In this document: positions 40,500-57,106 of the stretch, in pieces | Layout: every line of letters begins with the position of its first letter | Position numbering within the stretch: position 1 is the first letter of the stretch | Source of the DNA: Trichoplax adhaerens | Lineage: Eukaryota; Animalia; Placozoa | NCBI RefSeq assembly: GCF_000150275.1 | Contig: NW_002060945.1 | Span: 9,378,011-9,442,010, forward strand | Reading direction: 5' to 3' | DNA length: 64,000 nucleotides | The notes under the pieces: generated by a model | The model's database searches: none | Told to the model about the DNA's origin: nothing | The model's input: only the letters and a program-made list of their open reading frames with translations | Position numbers and translations under genes: made by a program

Positions 40500-41300
40500 A
40501 CTCGCTAGCGTAAGATAGTGTCAATGTGTCGTTGATGGCGACCTAAACGATATTTTAAGTCCAATTTTTAATCATCAATGGCAGAGAAACTTTATAGTAA
40601 GACATCAATAGCAGGGACTATTGATAGTCCTGTAGTCCCTGCGGATACTGATTTTCAGTCCGCCCATTTTCTACTTACCCTAGTGAATGTTCGCCTAGCG
40701 TTTTTGTTGCAGTCAGACAGTCTCAAAGTGTTGTTGGACTACGACCTAAAACAATATTTTAAGTTCAATTTTTAATCGTCTGTAGAAGAGAAACTGCATA
40801 ATAAGATATTGATGCTGATTTTCAATCTCCTAATTCTCTATACACCCTAAATTAAGGTTAATTATTTTTACAGCAAGATAGTGCAAACATGTAACAATAT
40901 CGACAGTGATCTAAGCAATATTTTAAATTCAATTTTTAATCGTTGGCGGCAGAGAAATTTCATAGTAAGGCATTGATGGTCAATTTCAATTGCTCCATTC
41001 TCTACATCCCTACGTTAAGATTAGCCTTGAATTGACTACAGTAAGATGGTGTAAAACGTGTAGTTGACAGTGGATTCGACGATCTATTGGTGTTTTATCC
41101 ATCTTTGAATTGTACATGATCAATGGACGATATCAATACTGGTTTACAGTATCCCCAAATTCTCCCACTTACCAGGAAATCTTACCTTCAGTTAATGCTC
41201 ACCTTCAACTTGCAACACTAAGATCGTCTAAGCGCGTTGTTGACAGTGAAGTAAACTGTTTTAAAAGTTCAATTTTGGGATGATCTATGATAGATAAACT
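40500..41300. repeat. Diverged non-coding tandem repeat (~165-205 bp spacing)
   Basis: Core TATTTTAAGTTCAATTTTTAATC...AGAGAAA recurs, with variants, near 40551, 40755 and 40919, and weakly near 41262. Confidence 0.7.
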
Positions 41301-41669
41301 CAAGGTTGGATGGTATTTAATCGGTTGTGGAAATAACCTTATCGAATTCCATTAAATAGTGTTCCAATTGATAGTGATGATGATGATTAATACGTTTTGG
41401 ACTTTCCCCTTGCCTACTGTCCTGTATATACTGTACAGCAGATAATGCAACATGGCGAAAGGTCAACATTTCTAAAAGTGAAAATATTTTATCTGTTTTA
41501 TTAATCATCATCGACCAAGTCGCTACGTCATATTCAAGAAAGAACGAGTCTAATAGTCCAAGATCCAAAATCATGTAGACTGCGTTGTCATTGCAATGAG
41601 CATGAATTTATAGATATAATCAAATGCTACAGATGATGGAGAAAATATGTAGAACAAAAATGGATTACG

Positions 41670-42475
41670 AATTGGAAAGTCTCCATGTTCATGTTAGCTT
41701 CTGGCTGAACATGCTACATGGACACTTTTCAATAACAGATAGAAACCGTTAATAAAAGATTAAATCTAACCAGTTGAACTAGATGAGGTAGATTAGATCT
41801 CTAAACTGATTGAAGCGATAATCTTTGCTTTGACTTACCGGCTATAAGTAGCCTGCTACCATTCAAATGGCGATTAAAATACCCTGGAAAGAAATGAGCG
41901 CAAATATCAGTAACTCTACAGTATAATATGGACTAGGATAGAAGTTGAAGATCTGTCAATTCATGTCTACGTTGTTTGCTTGTTTTACTTCCTAGATGGT
42001 TAGCTTTAAAACGACGTTTAGAAAACCATTTTAAGACGGAAATGAGTGCGAGAATAATTGTAGAAGTATCAAATAATCACAGTCTAACGTCTCCATATTG
42101 ATTTCAACCGGTTATGTTTGCTAAAACACTACAGTAGTTGTATACCTGGATAATGATATAGAATTTAGTGTACAGTTTGAGAAAAAGAGTGCAACAAATA
42201 TGGACTTATTTCAATTATACGGCTGTAGAAGGTCTCTACGTCGATTTCAACCTATTCCATTTGCTAGAGTTGCTCCTTTCAGATCTCCACATTGATTTCA
42301 GCCACATCTGTTTGCTAGACTTACTGCAGTGGTTGCATACCTGGTTAATTCATCATGACAGTTCGAAAGCTGTTGAAAGAAAAGAGCCCAAGAATATAAA
42401 CTGATCTAGATTACACCGCCGTACAAGGTCTCCATGTTGATTTTAACCTGTTAGGTTTGCTAGACTTACTTGTTG
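41670..42475. repeat. Diverged short repeat family TCTCCAYRTTGATTTYARCC...TTTGCTAGA
   Basis: Copies near 42089, 42232, 42284 and 42428; partial copy near 41679. Confidence 0.62.
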
Positions 42476-42674
42476 GAAACAGTAGTCTCTAGACGCATAA
42501 CACAACATGGCCAGAGTATTGCGTAGATAGCAAAGAAATAGCCTACTCCTTTTTTTTGGGGGGGGGGGCAGTTCTCTGCTAGTAATATTGCTGTGGCAGA
42601 CATTTTTGAACATTGCATGCTACATATAGTACCCCAGACTACTTCTTAGTGATCCCTGACACTGCTGACAGGAA

Positions 42675-44240
42675 TCTCTTTGCAAAACATATATCCAGGC
42701 AAAGAGCAAAGTGAAAAAGTAGTCCTTCATTTTTTGCTTATGGTAGCGACAAAGACATTCTTCATAGTCTCTTTCAAAGCACAATCTACTCAAGTAGATA
42801 GCAAAGTGAAAAATGGCTCTTAATTTTAATCCATTCTATGCTTAAGGTAGCGACAGACATCCTTCATAGTCTCTTCACAAAACTCTTGCCAGAGTAGAGA
42901 GCAAAATGAACAAATAGCCTTTCATTTTTACCCATTAACTTTGCTCATGATAGCGACAAAGACATTCTTCATAGTCTCTTTCAAAGCACAATCTACTCAA
43001 GTAGATAGCAAAGTGAAAAATGGCTCTTAATTTTAATCCATTCTATGCTCAAGGTAGCGACAGACATCCTTCATAGTCTCTTCGCAAAACTCTTGCCAGA
43101 GTAGAGAGCAAAATGAACAAATAGCCTTTCATTTTTACCCATTAACTTTGCTCATGATAGCGACAAAGACATTCTTCATAGTCTCTTTCAAAGCACAACC
43201 TACTCTAAGTAGATAGCAAAGTGAAAAATGGCTCTTGATTTTAATCCATTCTATGTTCATGGTAGCGACAGACATCCTTCATAGTCTCTTCGCAAAACTC
43301 TTGTCAGAGTAGAGAGCGAAATGAACAAATAGCCTGCCATTTTTATCCATTAACTTTGCTCATGATAGCGACAAAGACATCCTTCACAGACTCTTCACAA
43401 AACTCTTGTCCAGAGTAAAGAGCAAAATGAAGAAATAGGCTTTCATTTTAATCAATTTTTTGCCTTACTTCATAGTCTCTTTGCAAAACTCCTGTCTAGA
43501 GTAGAGAGCAAACTGAAGAAATGGCCTTCCATTTTTATCCATTAACTTTGCTCATGACAGCGACAACGATATCCTTCACAGTCTCTTCACAAAACTCTTG
43601 TCCAGAGTAAAGAGCAAAATGAAGAAATAGGCTTTCATTTTAATCAATTTTTTGCCTTACTTCATAGTCTCTTTGTGAAACTCTTGTCCAGAGTAGAGAG
43701 CAAACGGAAGAACTAGTCTTTCATTTTTATCAATTTTTGCCTTGCCTTCCTTCAAAGTCTCTTTGCAACAACTCCTGTCCAGAGTAGAGAGTAAAATGAA
43801 GAAATAGCCTTTCTTCATTGTCTCATTGTAAAACTCTTGTCCAGAGTAGAGAGTAAAGTGAAGAAATAGCCTTTCATTTTTATCAATTTTTGCCTTACTA
43901 TTCTTCAAAGTCTCTTTGCAAAAACTCCTGTCCAGAGTAGAGAGTAAATGAAGAAATAGCCTTTCATTTTTTGCTTGTGATAGCGATAGGCATTCTTCAT
44001 AGTCTCTTTATAAAACTCTTGTCCAGAGTAGAGAACAAAATGAAGAAATAGCCTTTCATTTTTGCATTCCCTTCCTTCATAGCCTCTTTGCAAAACTCAT
44101 GTCTAGAGTAGAGAGCAACTGAAGAAATAGCCTTTCGTTTTTTAACTCTTTGCTCATGGTAACGACAAAGATATTCTTCATAGTCTCTTTCAAAACACGA
44201 CCTACGTACATTCTGAATAGAGAGCAAAGTTTTGAAATAA
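42675..44240. repeat. Tandem satellite, ~90-105-bp monomers with a 207-bp dimeric higher-order unit
   Basis: GACATTCTTCATAGTCTCTTTCAAAGCACAA at 42754, 42961 and 43168 (207-bp period). The monomer core CATAGTCTCT..CAAAACTCTTGTCCAGAGTAGAGAGCAAAATGAAGAAATAGCCTTTCATTTT repeats with variants to ~44240. Confidence 0.92.
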
Positions 44241-44882
44241 CTCTTCAGTATTTTTTACTCATAGTTGTGGTAAAAGACATTGTTGATCATCTCAATGACT
44301 TCATGGTCTCTTCAGAAAGAAATGGCCACTTACTTTTACTGCTATTCTTTGCCTGACTGTCACAACAGTGTTTTAAATAAATTAATTCATCCAGTACTAC
44401 ATTTCTAGACATGAAAGAAGACTCATTTTTAATCGAGAATAAGCTCAGTGAAGATGGTAAAGTAACTCCATGGCCCGTCATTTTGGATAACAGTTCTTTG
44501 CTAGTTCGTTTTGCCTTTTCAGAACCAGGCCTTTGAGCAAAGCGTTGAAGTCTTTAAAAATAAAGCTTGTATACGACTCGTTGATTTTGCACCTCTTGTG
44601 CTATAATGGCAATTTTTCACACTACAACGGTAGACTTCTCAAGCAAGAGTATTTATTCTGCATTAACGTTAGACACTATATATTTTATTTTCACGATAGC
44701 AATAATTAACTAATCAACTGATGTAGCACTCAGCTTCGTCAACAACTAGTGACAAAATAATCAATTTTTCCGCTAAGTGTAATGAACTTTCTCAAGCGTT
44801 ATGGATTTTCTATCATTCTTTGCTTCCAATAACAAGCGCCTAAAGTGAGTCAACAATTGAAGATAATTTTTGCACTACGGTA

Positions 44883-45430
44883 GTGGACTTTCTCAAGCAC
44901 TGTGCATCTTTTCCAATTCTTTCCTAACCCCTAGAATTAGAATTAGTCAACAATTTCATGGCAATTTTTCACTACACACTACCAGTGGTGGACTTTCTCA
45001 AGCACTGTGCATCTTTTCCAATTCTTTCCTAACCCTTAGAATTGGAATTAGTCAACAATTTCATGGCAATTTTTCACTACACACTACCAGTGGTGGACTT
45101 TCTCAAGCACTGTGCATCTTTTCCAATTCTTTCCTAACCCCTAGAATTGGAATTAGTCAACAATTTTATGGCAATTTTTTCACTACACACTACCAGTAGT
45201 GGACTTTCTCAAGCACTGTGCATCTTTTCCAATTCTTTCCTAACCCCTAGAATTGGAATTAGTCAACAATTTTATGGCAATTTTTTCACTACACACTACC
45301 AGTAGTGGACTTTCTTAAGCACTGTGCATCTTTTCCAATTCTTTCCTAACCCCTAGAATTAGAATTAGTCAACAATTTTATGGCAATTTTTTTACTACAC
45401 ACTACCAGTAGTGAACTTTCTCAAGCTTGT
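44883..45430. repeat. 105-106-bp tandem repeat, ~5 near-identical copies with degenerate flanking copies (~44600-46100)
   Basis: GGACTTTCTYAAGCACTGTGCATCTTTTCC at 44885, 44990, 45095, 45201 and 45307; diverged copy at 45413. Confidence 0.95.
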
Positions 45431-46249
45431 TGAATTTTAGGTCATTCTTAGCTCCAATGGTAGGTGCCGAACAGGCAACAGGTATTAAAGTCGTTCTATC
45501 ACTCAGAAGACATTTTTTTATTACAGTCATAAACTTTCTTTCAACCCCTGAGGTATTAAAATTAGTCAGCAAGATCATTTTTTCATTACGGTAAGCTAGC
45601 AATGAATATTGTCAAGCTTGGTGGATTTTTACCAATCCTTGGCTCCATTGGTTGGCATCCAACAGGTATTAAAGTTAGTTAGTCAATACTGTAAATCGAA
45701 GATATTTTCTACTATTACGGTCATAAACTTTCTTAACCACTGAGATGTTAAAATTAGTTGACAAGGTCATTTTTTTTCACTTCTGTAGTGTGTGTTTTGC
45801 TTATTTCTATACTATAAGTAGTACAGAAATGAGCTTTCTCAAGCTTGGTGAACTTTTAATTCCATTGCTAGGCTCAGGTATTCGAGTTAGTCAATCACTC
45901 CAAGACCATTTTTTCACCGCGGCAATCAACTTTCTTGAGCAGTGTGGGATTTTTTTCCAGTTTTTCACTACAGTTATAAACTTATAAACTGGCTCAAGTA
46001 TTGTATCGATTTTTTTTTGTCGTTCTTTGCTTCAGTGGTAAGCGGCCAAGAAATACTAAAGTCAGTCAACAACTCCCAATTGCTAAGACAATTTTTTACC
46101 TGATGATTCAACTTGCCTGAATAGAACGTAGCAAAATGGTTCCGGCCAAGAATGGCAGTTCTTTCGCAATGGGAACAGCCTTCTTACAATAAAGTCTTCG
46201 ACTGCAAACGGTTCCCATGAAAATTTGTCATTTCTCTCCTAGAATAGTC

Positions 46250-46620
46250 ATGTAATCAAATCAAAAAAGTTCGTAAGCTTGAAAGTTTTGCAGTTCTTGC
46301 CTGCGTTAGATACAGCCATTTTTCAATGTTGTTATGGAGTTGCCACGGTTCCCGTCGATTTTACAGTTCTTCCCTACTGTAGACGCAGCCATTGAATCAA
46401 AATGATTCCTAGGGATTTCGCAGTGCTTTCCTCATCGGCGCAGCCATCTTTTCAATGCGGTGTTATTAAATCAAAACTGTTCCTAGGGATTTTAGCCTTC
46501 TTCTCACCGTAGAGTCCTTCCATTAAAATCGTTCCTAGAGATCTTACACTTCTTTCCTAATACGCACCGCCATCTTTTCAATGCAGTCGTTGAATGGAAA
46601 CCATTCCTGACTCTTCTCTC
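46250..46620. repeat. Diverged short repeat (GCAGCCAT..TTCAATG / TTCCTAGRGAT)
   Basis: CAGCCAT or CGCCAT near 46313, 46386, 46441 and 46568; TTCCTAGRGAT near 46406, 46480 and 46532. Confidence 0.55.
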
Positions 46621-47098
46621 TTACTACTATTTACAGTGCAGTGATCGAATCCAATCGACATTTTTTCCCCCAGGTCAATTAGAAAGCGAATTCTTGACAG
46701 TAGTCGTTGCAGTGTAGCACTACGGTGATTTTAGCAACGCACTGATTGAGCTATACGATCCTGTCAAGGAGATGCTTGCAGAGAGGGACTTGCTTGTAAG
46801 AGAAATTTCTTGCTGTAGATTGCAGGTATTTTTTACAAGTAGTCTAGCGCCATTCCGTCATCGTCGTAACGCAATCGCCATTGCAGGTCTTTGCACCATC
46901 TTCAACTTTAACATTCGACACAACAACTAAGCGCTTTTTATTAAAACTAGCATTTCTATCCAATTTATTTCAGTCATTTTCCTGGCAAAATACATACCAG
47001 TTGTTGATGAAGAATAGAAAATTGATGACCAGTTGTTATTCTATTTAAATAAATAAATAGTCATGCAATAACTTCAATTAAAATAAACCAAGCGCCAA

Positions 47099-47112
47099 GT
47101 TGCCATGACATC
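47099..47112. promoter_or_regulatory. Candidate X-box upstream of the RhoGAP
   Basis: GTTGCC-AT-GACATC, one mismatch to consensus, about 790 bp upstream of the inferred ATG. Confidence 0.33.
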
Positions 47113-47902
47113 GAGCTAGCAATCCAACTACTACTATCTACTGCATTCTATATCTTTTATATACACCCTATACGGAATGGCTATAGCTGAGCAAAGACTT
47201 GCTTATTTCTTAATTTAGATCGATAGAACAACTATAACGCGTTGTCTTTTCTATGCCATAGCGGCCATCTTGCTAGGGTGCCACCAACCAAATCGTCATG
47301 TAGGCCATCTACTGTATGTCAATCACTTGCTCTTTCGCCATTTTACTCCTTTCCATCATCAAGCACACGGTGGGGTAAACTCATACAATACCTCTTTCTT
47401 GACATGGCCAACTCAAAGTCCAAATAGAGCACAGTTAAAAAGGCTAAAAAGAAAATAAAATTGATGAGAATGTCCATTTAATGCTTGCCATGTTGATGGG
47501 GAGCCTTTTATGCTGTAGAACAGTCAAAAGACGACCTCGTGCCCTATAATAAAACCATGAGCGCTGGTATGCCTTATTGAGTAAGCATAGCCATGGCGCG
47601 ATCATTTTGACCCATGACTACTTACTATCCCATACAGTATTCGCTAACTAGCAATGCTGTATAAGCCAAGGTCGTAGGGCGCAAGGAAAATCTTCGTCAA
47701 CAGGATTTTTTAAAATTACAAGGATAAATATCGTCCAATTTTCACTTTATTATACCATTCCATTCGTCTACAACATTCCGAATCCATTGATCACCAGTCT
47801 ATCATAGCGAAAATTCTTTAAATTAAGCCTTGATAGCTGGCAGTGTAGGAATAAGTGAACGCAAAATCATCCAAGAACCCTAGAAAAAGCAAAAATCTAC
47901 AA

Positions 47903-50872
47903 ATGGCGAGCTCACTTTTCAACTCACTGAAACGAAAAGGTAGAGCAAGTAAAAAAAATCACTTGCAACACAGTCCTAAATACGTAGAAATAATCGATTA
48001 ACAGTAAGTTCAACGGTATGGGTCACAAAGCGTATTCGATCTTGTTATGATAGACCCAAGATAGAATTATCAATCATTTTACGCCATATCGACAATGTTG
48101 TCTATTTGAAGAAGAAGTAAAAGACTTTTTACTGGAAATATTGACCGTTCAATAGGGGCCAAGGTAGAAAGTAGCTAACATTTTCTCTCCCCTGTAAATG
48201 ATCTATAGGTTCTCGAAAATATCGAAGATCCAGGGAAGTAAATGACGATTCACTAACACGAGAACCAAGAAAAATTTCCGCTGCTTCCACTTCTGCTGAT
48301 GCTAAGACAGCCAACAAAGCTCGAAAAGGATATAAAAGTAAAGAAAGCCAGGAAGAAGATTCTCAACCACCTTCAAGAAAACAGTTAGCTAACGCCATCG
48401 GTGGCGGCTCAGATATACGATCTGTTCTAAGAAGACTCCTTTCCAATAGACCACCGATTGAGACATTACGAGAGAAAGGAATCTATCAAGGTAGCTTAAA
48501 TAAATCGTATTCTACTCATCGATTGAATTTCCATTTGATCAATTCATTATATTACATACGGACGCTATAACGCAGCCGCTTTCGCTTCCAAAAGAAATTC
48601 AAATCGCTTTCCTTCTATCACAATCATCACGCTTATTGTTGCTAGATACAGTATGATAATCACTTCTTGCAAATTTTATCTAAACTTCATCAGGATTTCT
48701 TCTATCCACCCTTTAGATCTAACATTTGGTGCTCCTTTAGAAGTAGTTTGCAAGAGAGAATGCCAACTTGTTCCCAAATTTGTGCAACAATGTATAAACC
48801 ACATTGAAAGTTGCGGTAAGCATTGGAAAAGGGCGTAGATACATATACCGTACAATCGTAAAAAATTCCACCTCAAGAATAATACAGCATAACTTGATAG
48901 GAATAATGTCTTTAAAACAGGATTGCAATATTTCTCAAATAACTTACCCTATCCCAACTATGTTTCAATATGAACACCATTATAAAACTCAAGATTGGAA
49001 AGCTATTCGATCTGTTATCATCTTATTTATAATGTACTTCACTACTGTTGAAATGATGTAAAGGATTAGTCAAGAAAGTTCTTTAAATCAAATCTCAATT
49101 GTCGAAAATTTGTTATGCGAATAGATATATTAATTGAATCCTCTTTTTCTGACACCCTAAACTGCCTCTTCTCCTGTAAAGTTTAAAGTGATTAGTGTAT
49201 ATCTCAAAACAGAATAACGTTAGCATCATAATGAGGCATTTCTCCAACTTGCGACCGATGATGATAAATTAAATGAATCATCAACAATTATACAGGCTAC
49301 AGTCGCCACTACACACAGAAATGATATCAAAGATGGAAAATGTTTTCTGCACTCATTTTCCATGTAATTTACTGTATTTGTATGCTTACATAGAGTTATT
49401 TTCATAAAATATATCTATATGTCCCATACCAATTATCACGAAGCTACTTATCAAATACGGTGTAATGCATTAATAACTGTTGCTGTATAGCTCAATACTT
49501 GGCCTGAATAGCAGCATCTACAAAAAATGAAAAAGATTTTCTATGAATTATAATTGTTTAGACGATCAGGCAATTACATCTTCTTCGAAATGGGTTATTC
49601 TAGCGAAGACAAATTTCTAATTAGTTACACAACGAACAGCTATTATCTTATATATTTATAAATAACTTTGTGTCTGTCTACAACTAGGTTTGGAATGTCA
49701 AGGAGTTTATCGAACTAGCGGAAATATGGCATCTGTAAATAAGCTCAAATATCAAGTTGATCATAGTTAGTAATAACTCACTGTAGATGTAATAGTACTT
49801 ACCTTTGGGACGTTACTAAATATGAATTGTATACCGTAATCTATTTCTTACTTGATTATAGATGCTCAGGTGGACCCAGATTTGTGGCATGATATTACCG
49901 TAGTTACATCGGCTTTAAAACTTTATTTCAGAGAACTGCCAACGTCGCTCTTAACAGATAGATTCTATAAGCAAGTTACTGCCTACATAGGCTAGTTAAG
50001 ATTTATGATAATATATTAACGCTATCACTATGGTTCGTTTAAAATTTTCGATGCCATAGACGTTAGTCCTTTTACATCACTACTTAGCAGCAATGGTTGA
50101 AACTGCTTCTAACTACTACTATATAGGCGAGGAAGATCTTGGTATCCTGATAACAAATTTAATTGACAGTATCAATCAACTTCCTAGATGTAATAGAGTC
50201 ACATTGGATCTGATACTTCAACATCTGCAAAAGTAAATATTTGTGATAATTTTACATCTAAAAGTAATATATTATTCTTAACATGTTTACCGCTCCTTGC
50301 GATTGCGGTTCAAAATTATGGTACGTTAAAATCAGTCATTTACAGTACTTGTTTTACAATACAAAACCTCCTATTGGTAGTTTGTAAGAATATAGTTATG
50401 AAATGATATATTCCGAAAGTGATGTCATAGGATTACATTCAGCGGGCACTATTATTTGTTTTTCTCCGTATAACCCATCGCTGTTATTTTAATTTTTTGT
50501 AGGGTAGTTGAGCAAAGTGCGAAGAATAAAATGACAGTTAGTAATTTGAGTATCATATGGGGCCCTACGTTAATGCAAGTTCCAGACCAGGCTGAGTTTG
50601 GACGATCGCTAATGGTGCAAAAGAAAACCTTAGATGTCATACTAAGGTATTATCAGTATCTCGACATTCAGGTAATTCTGCTTTTACATCTGCACTGCAG
50701 ATTGTTCTAGTCAAAGATAAATTATTAATGATACAATTACAACACTGTTTGCAAGGGTTGGAAATAGTAATCAAATTGAAATTAAGTTTGCTTTCAAGAT
50801 TCGTAAATTTAATCTTTGATTAAGCTACATATCTATTTTCTGCAGACTGGATCTGAGTCATTACCGAGATAA
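47903..50872 (+). CDS. ARHGAP15: RhoGAP of the ARHGAP9/12/15/27 family (RPEL-like motif + GAP domain), ~8 exons
   Basis: IRSVLRRLLSNRPPIETLREKGIYQ|DLTFGAPLEVVCKRECQLVPKFVQQCINHIESC|GLECQGVYRTSGN (Arg finger)...SALKLYFRELP...QLPRCNRVTLDLILQHLQK|VVEQSAKNKMTVSNLSIIWGPTLM. The start exon (MASSLFNSLKRK, 47903-47939) and last exon are inferred from splice phase. The symbol denotes the family, not a specific vertebrate paralogue. Confidence 0.82.
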
Positions 50873-52605
50873 AGTCTTTCTCAATGAATAATCATCAAAG
50901 CTGTTCAAGCAGAAGTTTTTACTAGTGGTAATTCTATAACAGGCTTAATGAAAGCGCAACGGTTGATATTGTAATATTCTCCTATAACTGGATCTATTGT
51001 AGTTTTTTTACACTCTACTCAATGGATATCAGTATAGAACAAGAATCATTTTTCAATGGTGTGATAGCAAATTAAAGGTCACGATATACTTTATAATTAT
51101 TTTTTCAATTTTTTGCAATGAATTAACTACTATATGATGTATCCTTACGTTATTATACTTAGACAAATCAGATTTATTAATTAAGTTTTATATTTATACA
51201 TACGCAGATACGTTACTGGCTGTATCTTATGAGTTTTTTATTATGAGACGCATTTAATGGATGTGAAATATTTGTATGTAGCGTATCCAACTGTATACAT
51301 TAATATATCTTCCTAAATAGAATAAAAATGATGGCATTATTTAATTTTCTAAATTTCCTTTGACTACCTATTCAGTATTTCCTAGCTGTAACCACATCGA
51401 TTACACTTATGCAATTGATCATACTCTACTAGAGCAATATCAGGATACCTGTAAGAGAAGATAAAGGTACATATTGTCTTTTTATTACCCAATGGAAATA
51501 TAAATGGAAAGATTCAAATTGCAATATAATAACGTAAAATCCACAAAAGAAATCAATTTCTATAAGACTATTTTGAGATGTTTAATCATGTAGACATGGT
51601 GATACAATATGGCTAAATAAAGAAACCATTACCCTAATCAATTACTAAAACTAATTATTATCTGTAAAATCCGCGAATATGCGAGTATTCTACGATACTA
51701 ATAAACTATACCATAAGACAGACTATAAAAAAAAAAAAATTTTTATCCTAAATCTTCCACCAGGATTAACTGTCATCATGTACAAAACCAATAATCATGC
51801 AAATATAACGCATAGAAATAGATTCGATAGCAGATAAACTATAATAATTGGCTAGACTAGACTTTTTTAATATGTAGCGCTGCCAAATAATGAAATTGAT
51901 TACGCTTAACCATTTACCTAAGCTACCGTAACCTGCAAAAAAGCCAATCATCATGCAAATATAATCCATAAATATATCCTATGTTGCAGATCAATTAAAC
52001 CAGCAAATTAGACACTTTAATACGTACTAGTGAATTTCCCGTTCGAATGAATGGGAATTTATTCTACACGAAGCAACACATTAAATGAAAATCCATAGCT
52101 AGATTATCATACTATATATGCTTCCTAAACGAAGAAATGATTGATCTGCCCTTCATGATTTACCATAATCAAGTATATGTGTGCGATTTCTATTCGCTTT
52201 TTCTAACTGAAGGTGTACTCTAAATTCATAAAAAATAAATAGTAATAATCGACCATTGTACTGTAGCCTCCAGATATATAGGATAGATAAAGTATAGTAG
52301 CACAATGTAGTTTTCGGTAATGAATTAATCTACCAGATCGTACGAGTGCAAGTACACGCAACATACTAAATCGACTGCCACTGATCTTTCAAATCCCCGG
52401 CAAATAAATTAAAGTACGTCAATATGATAATATTTGCAAAAATTATAATTAATTTATCTATTGCTATACTGTATACTATATAGGTATAATGCAAATTATG
52501 CAAAATAATACAACAGTAATATAGTTTACGTCATGTATCATACATTGCAGTAAGCAATAGTGGTAGTAGAAGCAAGCTCAGAGTAATGGCTAGAGTAGGC
52601 TAATA

Positions 52606-52619
52606 GTAGTCATGGTTAC
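52606..52619. promoter_or_regulatory. Candidate RFX X-box upstream of BBS5
   Basis: GTAGTC-AT-GGTTAC, about 80 bp upstream of the ATG, one mismatch to GTHNYY-AT-RRNAAC. BBS genes are established RFX/DAF-19 targets. Confidence 0.5.
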
Positions 52620-52698
52620 GTTAGCATGCGCAGTACTACGAGTTAATCATCATCCTCCATTTCTAATATTTAAAAGCAAACGATCTAGAGAAGTAAAA

Positions 52699-57106
<4,408 letters not shown>

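Noticed and set aside
43657-45199. Short ORFs in the satellites
   Set aside because: Unit lengths vary and shift frame (e.g. 105 versus 106 bp); the peptides just mirror the DNA repeat.
42675-45430. CRISPR-like array
   Set aside because: Units are contiguous tandem copies without unique spacers, there are no cas genes, and the context is eukaryotic.
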